From Gammaproteobacteria bacterium (GTDB taxonomy: Bacteria; Pseudomonadota; Gammaproteobacteria; Magnimaribacterales; TMED112): 41,906 nucleotides of DNA. A model generated the notes under the pieces. The model made no database searches. It was not told the DNA's origin and saw only the letters and a program-made list of their open reading frames with translations. Each line of letters opens with the position of its first letter. Within the stretch, counting starts at the first letter, position 1. A program made the translations under genes and the position numbers. Shown here piece after piece: positions 9,167 to 15,523 of the stretch. The stretch spans positions 1 through 41,906 of the forward strand of contig NYUL01000064.1 in assembly GCA_002684055.1 (NCBI GenBank). The letters are read 5' to 3'.

Positions 9167-10816
9167 CTAGCTATAGTCCCACATATAACTCATACTCCCA
9201 TACTCATCAACGGTGTTCCACCTTTCCCCTTGAGCATCAACAAAACTATCATTATCATCCATAGAACTAATGAACCCAAATGGTGCCATATCTTGTTCAA
9301 TTTGGTTTTCCTTATCATTATATATTTCTTTACGGACATCATTGTCGGTCATTTCCCTAAAGTAATCTTGGGCAACACACCAGGCAAAAATAACCATACA
9401 CATAGCAAGGTCATCATTACAGCCATCTTCAGCCGCAAATGAGTTATTCCTAGCAATAAATGTAGTAAGTTCCTGAACAATATTAAAATCACAGAACTCT
9501 AATTTCTTTTCCTCCACCAGAGCCTTCAGATTAGAGCACCCGAGCTTCTTCGTGGCTACGCTCATCTTTACGCCTAATTGTGTTTTAGAGCCGCTGAAGC
9601 CCGCTCCAAGCTGCTGTCCTGCCCTTCCACGCATCGCACACATCATTACGTTGGGATATTCCAAGTCATAGTTCAAAATAGAAGCAACTTGATCACCAAT
9701 ATCATTAACTTCGATGAGAACGTGAGCTTTATTATAAGATTTAGCAACTCTCTCAATAATACTTGGGAATACCATAGGTTTGATTTCGTTGTCCCTATAC
9801 TTCGCAACCACCGCATATGGGAAAGTTGTAGTATCAAATACCACGAAAGCAGAGTAGTCTTTTCCAACACCACGAGCAACGTCAGCTGTCAAAACGTATG
9901 TGTGGTCATCTTCTGGGTCTGTAAAAATATCTAATCCTTTATTTTTTGTAATTGGCTCTCTATATTCCATAGCCCTTAACGCCATTGGAGATATTAGCGT
10001 ATCAACGGATCCAATGAACTCACACTCAAACTCAACCTTGAACTGTTCTTCACTCGTATTCTTAATAGTCGTCTCTTTCCACACTTCATCCCTACCAGGA
10101 ACCTGTGACCAGTGAACTTCAATTGGGTTGTAATCATTCCTCCCCTTTTCAGCATCATTCCACATTCGGTAGAAGTGGTTCATACCGTGAGGGGTAGAAA
10201 CGATAATAACTTTTGTAGATTTACCAGAAGTAATCGTTGGATATACAGACGCGAAGAACTGGTCAGCAATGTTGTTTTGAACGAACGCAAATTCGTCCAA
10301 GAAAATAATGTTGAAGGACATACCACGAACAGCAGATGCTGATGTGGAAGCAGCTAAGATAGTGGAACCATTCTCAAGTTCAACAGAACCTTTGTTCCAG
10401 GAGATAATACCGTGTTGCATCCATTGGGGTAAGTTCTCATAAGCCAACTGTAAACGCCCAAGAATCTCTCTCGCAGTGGACGCTTTGTTAGCTAGGATGC
10501 CGATAGTAACGTTGTCGTTAAAAATTAGATAGTGTAGTAGGAATGCAACGCAAGTGGTAGACTTACCAGTCTGACGAGGCATCTTACATATAGTAAATCT
10601 CTTCTCGTGAAAGCTTTTGATTAAGTTTTCTTGAAAGTCATATAGCTTGAATGGAATAATGCCATGGTCAAGTGATACAATCTTAATATAATTAAGTGCA
10701 AAATAAATAGGATCCGTCTTACACTTCATCAACTCCTGTACTTGCTCATATGTAAATTGAACAGATACATTTGTTTTCTTTAGATTTGGGTTACCAAGAT
10801 ACTGAGTATCGGGCAT
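9167..10816 (-). CDS. g17: terminase large subunit (T4 gp17)
   Basis: 549 aa. It has a Walker A-like motif (CKMPRQTGKSTT; T4 has SRQLGKTT), a Walker B-like motif (FNIIFLDEFAF), and a C-terminal nuclease-like half. It sits directly upstream of g18. Confidence 0.94.
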   Translation of the reverse strand: MPDTQYLGNPNLKKTNVSVQFTYEQVQELMKCKTDPIYFALNYIKIVSLDHGIIPFKLYDFQENLIKSFHEKRFTICKMPRQTGKSTTCVAFLLHYLIFNDNVTIGILANKASTAREILGRLQLAYENLPQWMQHGIISWNKGSVELENGSTILAASTSASAVRGMSFNIIFLDEFAFVQNNIADQFFASVYPTITSGKSTKVIIVSTPHGMNHFYRMWNDAEKGRNDYNPIEVHWSQVPGRDEVWKETTIKNTSEEQFKVEFECEFIGSVDTLISPMALRAMEYREPITKNKGLDIFTDPEDDHTYVLTADVARGVGKDYSAFVVFDTTTFPYAVVAKYRDNEIKPMVFPSIIERVAKSYNKAHVLIEVNDIGDQVASILNYDLEYPNVMMCAMRGRAGQQLGAGFSGSKTQLGVKMSVATKKLGCSNLKALVEEKKLEFCDFNIVQELTTFIARNNSFAAEDGCNDDLAMCMVIFAWCVAQDYFREMTDNDVRKEIYNDKENQIEQDMAPFGFISSMDDNDSFVDAQGERWNTVDEYGSMSYMWDYS

Positions 10817-10819
10817 AAT

Positions 10820-10849
10820 AAAAAAAGGCTCCTATGTTATATAGGAACC
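10820..10849 (-). terminator. rho-independent terminator / hairpin immediately upstream of the g17 start
   Basis: Minus-sense RNA is GGUUCCUAU-AUAAC-AUAGGAGCC followed by U7. This gives a 9-bp stem with one G-U pair. It starts 7 nt after the TAA of the 104-aa ORF, and the U-tract ends 3 nt before the g17 AUG. Confidence 0.6.
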
Positions 10850-10855
10850 TTAATC

Positions 10856-11170
10856 TTAGGGGGAGTTTGGAATTGGAGGTGGGTTGGGGACTATGTTATT
10901 GTCCTCATCGTACCTTACGTATGGAGGGGTTGCTATTGGGTTGTTGTTCTCATCGTGCCGCTGATATGGTTGAGGCGCAGGAGCAACATTGTTGTTCACA
11001 TCATAGCGCACATAGCCAGCATTGAAATCCAAGAAATTTAAATTGGACCATCCTTCACCAGGATCACTATCATTATCAGTTGATGCGGGATTTGCTATCG
11101 GATTATTATCTTCATCAGATCTCTGATAGTAAAAATTCATTGACCCGATTCCAGCCGCATAATCAGCCAT
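10856..11170 (-). CDS. hypothetical Asn/Pro/Asp-rich protein with four ~16-aa repeats
   Basis: 104-aa ORF with an ATG start at 11170. It is the longer of the two ORFs at this locus and is followed by a minus-sense terminator. Repeats: YYQRSDEDNNPIANPA / YVRYDVNNNVAPAPQP / YQRHDENNNPIATPP / YVRYDEDNNIVPNPPP. I recognise no homolog. Confidence 0.6.
   Translation of the reverse strand: MADYAAGIGSMNFYYQRSDEDNNPIANPASTDNDSDPGEGWSNLNFLDFNAGYVRYDVNNNVAPAPQPYQRHDENNNPIATPPYVRYDEDNNIVPNPPPIPNSP
10874..11014 (-). repeat. three contiguous ~45-48 nt coding tandem repeats (a fourth copy at ~11084-11131)
   Basis: This is the DNA encoding repeats R2-R4 of the 104-aa ORF. The copies are degenerate at the nucleotide level but clearly periodic at the peptide level. 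Confidence 0.7.
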
Positions 11171-11175
11171 ATTTT

Positions 11176-11253
11176 TTACCTGGATAATTTAATAATATTT
11201 AGAATAAAGATGAATGCGAATAGAAAGGCAGCGCTTTCGTAGAAATGACCCAT
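11176..11253 (-). CDS. possible 25-aa hydrophobic micro-ORF
   Basis: Below the track cutoff. My translation from ATG 11253 to TAA 11176 is MGHFYESAAFLFAFIFILNIIKLSR. Its stop is 5 nt before the ATG of the 104-aa ORF, and it lies downstream of the promoter-like element at 11307-11334. There is no SD. It could be chance in AT-rich DNA. Confidence 0.2.
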   Translation of the reverse strand: MGHFYESAAFLFAFIFILNIIKLSR

Positions 11254-11306
11254 TGGGGGTTAAGAAGTATTAAAGACGCATTATATATCATTCTCGGTGT
11301 ATGTAC

Positions 11307-11334
11307 ATTATACCTAGTGTGGGAACCATAACAA
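11307..11334 (-). promoter_or_regulatory. sigma70-like (early-type) promoter candidate
   Basis: Minus-sense -35 TTGTTA (11334-11329), a 16-nt spacer, then -10 TATAAT (11312-11307). It lies in the 212-nt gap between the 285-aa and 104-aa ORFs. A second TATAAT at 11285-11280 has a weaker -35 (TGTACA). Confidence 0.3.
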
Positions 11335-11382
11335 GAATGTAGCACACTAGTCCTAGGAACCACTTATGACCTATTGCATGTA

Positions 11383-12240
11383 TCAGCATTTCCATTTATC
11401 TAGTGCAAGTTTTTTACGTGTGGGTTTTCCCTTCTCATCTTTGAGGGGACCTTTCATACCCCCCATTCTAGCGCAAAATGATTTTTTGCGTGGACCACCT
11501 TCTGGCTGTGGTGCTTTTAAGTCACTGCCGGGATTCTCTCGTTCGTAGGATTTGCGTCCTCTCTCGTTAAGTCCCCCGGCTTTATTCTTTCCCTCTTTAC
11601 GTTGCCAAGCAGACTCACCAACATTTTGGATATAGTCACTCTTATCAAGCTCATCTTGGGTCTTTTTGACTTTATCTAGGGCATCATAGCCATCTTTCTT
11701 GGCTTTCTCTCCCTTCTCATCCCAACTTTTCTTTCTTGCTTTGAGATTTGCTCTCATCTTATCAGCAATAGCACCTTCGCCAATCTGCTGTTTCCAACCA
11801 GTCATTGGCTCTGGTAGGATTAGATCAGTAATTTCAGCAACTAAATTACCATCAATGTCAAGAATCTCTACAGATTCTTTACGAGTCTTTTTTGTGGAAG
11901 TCTGCTCCTTACGCTTTTCTGCAAAATTATCAGCTAGAGCTTTGAATCTCTTTCTATAATCTGAGTCAGTCTCAATACGAGACTTGCCTTCAGCACAAAA
12001 TTCTGCGAAAGTCTTAGTTTCCTTCACACAATTAGGAACTTCTTTACCGTCTTTTTTCTTCGTGCCTTTGGCTTTATAACCATCCCAACATGTAGAAGCT
12101 CCTACATTTTTGCGAGCTGTCTTCATACTTTCGCCAATATCTAGCGTCTTTGGATAGTCTTTACTGCCTTTTTTAGCGGGGGACTCTCCACGTTTACGTT
12201 TGGCGTGGATATTATCCCATAGACCCTTTTTCTTAGCCAT
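11383..12240 (-). CDS. hypothetical lysine-rich basic protein
   Basis: 285-aa ORF with an ATG at 12240. By my hand count about 55 of 285 residues are Lys. Short conserved-looking modules include GLWDNIHAKRKRG, CWDGYKAKGTKKKDGKEVPNCV, AWQRKEGKNKAGGLNERGRKSY and KKSFCARMGGMKGP. I can assign no function. Confidence 0.7.
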   Translation of the reverse strand: MAKKKGLWDNIHAKRKRGESPAKKGSKDYPKTLDIGESMKTARKNVGASTCWDGYKAKGTKKKDGKEVPNCVKETKTFAEFCAEGKSRIETDSDYRKRFKALADNFAEKRKEQTSTKKTRKESVEILDIDGNLVAEITDLILPEPMTGWKQQIGEGAIADKMRANLKARKKSWDEKGEKAKKDGYDALDKVKKTQDELDKSDYIQNVGESAWQRKEGKNKAGGLNERGRKSYERENPGSDLKAPQPEGGPRKKSFCARMGGMKGPLKDEKGKPTRKKLALDKWKC

Positions 12241-12337
12241 ATCTAATAACAGGATTAAATAAAATAATATGAAAGGCTCAAGAACTTCATCGGCGACATA
12301 AAAAATCGCCCTTCATTATATTGCCTTTCGCATATAT

Positions 12338-12745
12338 TTAGTCGTATGTCTTTTTACCGCCTTTAATGTAACCAGAGCCTTTGGAGTCATAGAAACGAAC
12401 ACCTTTTCTGATTGTAGTTGCCCTTAGCTCATCATTCTCATCTTTATACTTCTGACGTTTTTTGGCGTCGTCAGCAGCAGCTTTGAAATTTGACAATGTT
12501 TTCTCCTTTTTTTCTCTAGATGAACCACGCATTGACTTGTCGGCATCGGAAGGTGCTTGAGGCATCCTAATGCCCTCAGACACTCCACCGCCAGCATCTC
12601 CAGCATAATCCATGTGGTCCCCATCCATATCGGTGTCGTTCATATCTCTACCATACCATCCACTGTACCTCTTATTTCCTTTTTTGGGGGGACACTTACA
12701 GTCACTTCCCATACCTTCACACTCTTTACACTTTTGTTTAGCCAT
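12338..12745 (-). CDS. hypothetical protein with N-terminal Cys cluster
   Basis: 135-aa ORF. Its ATG (12745) lies 1 nt after the g16 TAA, so it looks translationally coupled to terS. It has an N-terminal KCKECEGMGSDCKCPPKK, an acidic middle and a basic C-terminus (IRKGVRFYDSKGSGYIKGGKKTYD). Confidence 0.65.
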   Translation of the reverse strand: MAKQKCKECEGMGSDCKCPPKKGNKRYSGWYGRDMNDTDMDGDHMDYAGDAGGGVSEGIRMPQAPSDADKSMRGSSREKKEKTLSNFKAAADDAKKRQKYKDENDELRATTIRKGVRFYDSKGSGYIKGGKKTYD

Positions 12746-12746
12746 T

Positions 12747-13196
12747 TTAGGAATCCGTTAGTTTTTTCATCATTCCCTCTTTTATCATTTTTTGTAATTC
12801 GGTTGTAGAACCAACAAAGACGGAATTATTTGTAACATTGGTTTGGTTATTATTTACAGTAACCGCATCCAAATCTTTAACTTTTTTCTGTAAGTCCATA
12901 AGCTTCTCTGCAACTTCTGACATACTCTTTACGCCATTAAGAGCCACTTCATAGGAGCGAGCACTTCCACCCTCTTGAGCAAGCTCTAGGGCACCTGTGA
13001 CAGCCTCTTGACCTTTCTCTATGAGTGTATAAAGCTGCTGTCTAGTATATTCATAATCTTTTTGATCATCACTAGTATCGCTGACCTCAAGATCATCATT
13101 AGAATTGGTAATCTGGGGTAGTTCAGCTTTTTTTGGTTGCTCAATAATCTCAGACTCAATGTCTAACGCATCATCAATAGGATCAAAATTACTCAC
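12747..13196 (-). CDS. g16: terminase small subunit (T4 gp16)
   Basis: 149 aa with a GTG start at 13196. GGSARSYEVALNGVKSMSEVAEKLMDLQKKVKD and NNSVFVGSTTELQKMI align with T4 gp16 ([50 protein letters not shown]) as I recall it. It follows g15. Confidence 0.8.
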   Translation of the reverse strand: MSNFDPIDDALDIESEIIEQPKKAELPQITNSNDDLEVSDTSDDQKDYEYTRQQLYTLIEKGQEAVTGALELAQEGGSARSYEVALNGVKSMSEVAEKLMDLQKKVKDLDAVTVNNNQTNVTNNSVFVGSTTELQKMIKEGMMKKLTDS

Positions 13197-13216
13197 AGGA
13201 ATACTTCTTACTAGGT

Positions 13217-14026
13217 TTATTTATCGGGAGTATAGTCTATATTTTGTGTTGGGCTATAAACTTTACTATCATAGAAAATTTCAGTTTTACCATCAAACCC
13301 AAAATTATCATTTGGACCAGCATCAATTGGATCTGGTACTACAGTGTAACGTACATCTCTTGGGGAATTTCTCTTATGAGATGTATGATAATCGACCTGA
13401 ACTTTTTTGATAAGACCACCGCCAGTAGAATCCAATGGACCAAATAAGTATGTTTTGGCAGTGAAAGACAATGTATAGATTATAATGTGGCGACCGGCAA
13501 AGTCACCTTCGTAGTCATCAGTAAAGTTAATGCTGTTTAAAACTACTGGAATATCCCTCTCCTCTCCAATTTCTTCTAATAAATCAACAGTAGTTGTACA
13601 AGCTGGTTGAAAATATGGTAAAATTTGCTCAACAATTTGTAAACAATCTTCATTAAGTTTTGCCATAATACTGAGTTCAAATTCAATATTATATGGAACT
13701 GGTAGATACACTTTGCGAAGTGTCTCACCCTCAGCGCCAGTTGCCTTAAATGTTTGTGTTGGTTTAGTTTTTCTTGTGGCATCGTATGAAATACCAGTCA
13801 TCTCAAATGACATACGAGGTAGAGTTGTCTGTACTGGCTGATCTAACTCACCTTGCTGATTCAAACGTGCTAAAAACTTTTGAATTGGACCATATCCAAG
13901 ACCCACTTTCATTACATTAATAACATCATCTGCGTTATTAAACTTTTGAATCTGTATGCCGTTAAATAAATTTCCAAAAGCAACAACAGTTTTTTTAATT
14001 ATACCGTGGTAAAAATATTCTCCCAC
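13217..14026 (-). CDS. g15: tail sheath stabilizer / tail terminator (T4 gp15)
   Basis: 269 aa with a GTG start at 14026. LQIVEQILPYFQP is nearly identical to T4 gp15 FQIVEQILPYFQP. The N-terminus GEYFYHGIIKKTVVAFGNLFNGIQI resembles FGYFYNSSFRRYATLMGDLFSNIQI. Confidence 0.88.
   Translation of the reverse strand: MGEYFYHGIIKKTVVAFGNLFNGIQIQKFNNADDVINVMKVGLGYGPIQKFLARLNQQGELDQPVQTTLPRMSFEMTGISYDATRKTKPTQTFKATGAEGETLRKVYLPVPYNIEFELSIMAKLNEDCLQIVEQILPYFQPACTTTVDLLEEIGEERDIPVVLNSINFTDDYEGDFAGRHIIIYTLSFTAKTYLFGPLDSTGGGLIKKVQVDYHTSHKRNSPRDVRYTVVPDPIDAGPNDNFGFDGKTEIFYDSKVYSPTQNIDYTPDK
13218..13225 (-). promoter_or_regulatory. late-promoter-like motif GATAAATA overlapping the g15 stop
   Basis: Plus tatttatc. 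The motif contains the g15 TAA (13217-13219) and lies 21 nt upstream of the g16 GTG. The leader would be short, so confidence is modest. Confidence 0.3.
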
Positions 14027-14051
14027 AAAATCACACAGAAATACTATGCTC

Positions 14052-14059
14052 TATTTATT
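14052..14059 (-). promoter_or_regulatory. late-promoter-like motif AATAAATA overlapping the g14 stop
   Basis: Plus tatttatt. It contains the g14 TAA (14055-14057) and lies 25 nt upstream of the g15 GTG. Confidence 0.3.
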
Positions 14060-15518
14060 CTCCAAATGGATTGTCCTCTGAGAAATAGTTCTCATTTGGA
14101 TTAAAGAACTGATTATATTCGGAAGTATCAACTATAACATCAGCTTTTTCCTGAATTACCTCATTTTGACTGTAACCATCTAGTTGTGTTTGTTCTGAGT
14201 CGAATGCCTTGAGAGAATACCTAGCACCACTATCCTCACCCTCAATAATTTCACCTGGTTGAAAATTAATAACGCTCCCTTTAGGTTCCAAATTAGTAAT
14301 TTCTAATTGATAAGTCTCCGCATTCCACCCACGTACACGTGCCTGCATACCCGATTCCCTACCGACAATTACTTCATTATATAAGTAAATACCCTCACCT
14401 ACACTTGCAGGAGCAGAAACTACAACCTTAATATCCTCAGGTAAATCAGCTCCTGGGTCAGTAACCACAGCAGAGACAATTTTCTCACCATCAGTAAGTG
14501 CTAGTCCTTGAGCTAATGGATTATTGTCTAGATCATATACAATAATGTCAGCATCTTCGGGGTAACCATTACCCTCATTAGTAATTTCAAATTCAATAAC
14601 ACCTAATGAGTTTGAATTAATACCTGCTCTAATAATAACATCTGTACCACCGCCCCCGACAGCAACCACTTCTGGGTCTTCAGTATAACCAGATCCTCTA
14701 GAAAAAGATACCAACTGTTTTATTGCCTTTTCAACCAGATTAGAATCTGGGCGAGTTAAGAGTGCAATAACTTTAGGATCTGTTCCCCCTTTTGGTGGGG
14801 AATCTATCTTAATTGATGGTTGCTGATTGAAACTATTTCCTTCATTCAATATGATCAATTCTCTAATATAACCAGTATCAGTTTTTGCAACAACCTCTGC
14901 TCTATTACTTAATGGTATTAAATCTAGAGTAGTAATAAATCCTTTGTTGATTATTGTAGTATCAATCTCACCAATTGTGGTGTCAAGGACTTCATCTTCG
15001 TATTCAAATAGTTGACACTGCAACTCGTAAGTATATCCATTACCTAGTTGGTAAAATGGTTGCTCGTGTTCTACAAATTTAATTTCAAATAGTCTTCTGC
15101 CTAGTGGAAAATAGATTAGGTCCCCTTCCCTAGGTCTTTGAATTGTTTGTAATGTTCCCTCATCTTTGGGGGAATTCATAAGAAATAGCATCCTAGAATT
15201 CAAGAAAGGAGCGATATAGTCTTCATAACGCTCTCTTGAAATAGTCAGGGTGACTTCATCTTTGACTTGAATGCCAAACTTTGACATAATATCACCCTGA
15301 CCACCATACCCATCATAATTATTGAGGTATGATTCAATAATAAAATAAGACCTAAAGGCAGAAGAAGTTACCTCCCTGATAATGGTTGCTTCCCTAATAA
15401 AAGTACGAGGAATATAATACACATCCATCCCATACATACGAATCTGTTCATTGACCAGATCCTGCTGTAAGTTCTGTTCTTGTGTAGAACCGTGTAAAAA
15501 GAAGGGATTAACAACCAT
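14055..15518 (-). CDS. g14: neck protein (T4 gp14 position) with long C-terminal extension
   Basis: 487-aa ORF between g13 and g15. The call is mainly by synteny. The N-terminal ~175 aa look globular and conserved (NPFFLHGSTQEQNLQQDLVNEQIRMYGMDVYYIPR...). The remainder carries G-x-G-Y modules (see findings). Confidence 0.7.
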   Translation of the reverse strand: MVVNPFFLHGSTQEQNLQQDLVNEQIRMYGMDVYYIPRTFIREATIIREVTSSAFRSYFIIESYLNNYDGYGGQGDIMSKFGIQVKDEVTLTISRERYEDYIAPFLNSRMLFLMNSPKDEGTLQTIQRPREGDLIYFPLGRRLFEIKFVEHEQPFYQLGNGYTYELQCQLFEYEDEVLDTTIGEIDTTIINKGFITTLDLIPLSNRAEVVAKTDTGYIRELIILNEGNSFNQQPSIKIDSPPKGGTDPKVIALLTRPDSNLVEKAIKQLVSFSRGSGYTEDPEVVAVGGGGTDVIIRAGINSNSLGVIEFEITNEGNGYPEDADIIVYDLDNNPLAQGLALTDGEKIVSAVVTDPGADLPEDIKVVVSAPASVGEGIYLYNEVIVGRESGMQARVRGWNAETYQLEITNLEPKGSVINFQPGEIIEGEDSGARYSLKAFDSEQTQLDGYSQNEVIQEKADVIVDTSEYNQFFNPNENYFSEDNPFGE

Positions 15519-15523
15519 TTTTT

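Noticed and set aside
10834-11025. 63-aa plus-strand His/Cys-rich ORF opposite the 104-aa repeat gene
   Set aside because: It is shorter than the minus-strand ORF. The periodic repeat structure, the minus-sense terminator (10820-10849) and the strand of every neighbouring gene all favour the minus-strand reading.
12310-12325. TATAAT hexamer (minus sense) in the spacer upstream of the 285-aa gene as a sigma70 promoter
   Set aside because: There is no acceptable -35 at 16-19 nt; the best match is 3/6. The hexamer also lies inside the nested inverted repeats.
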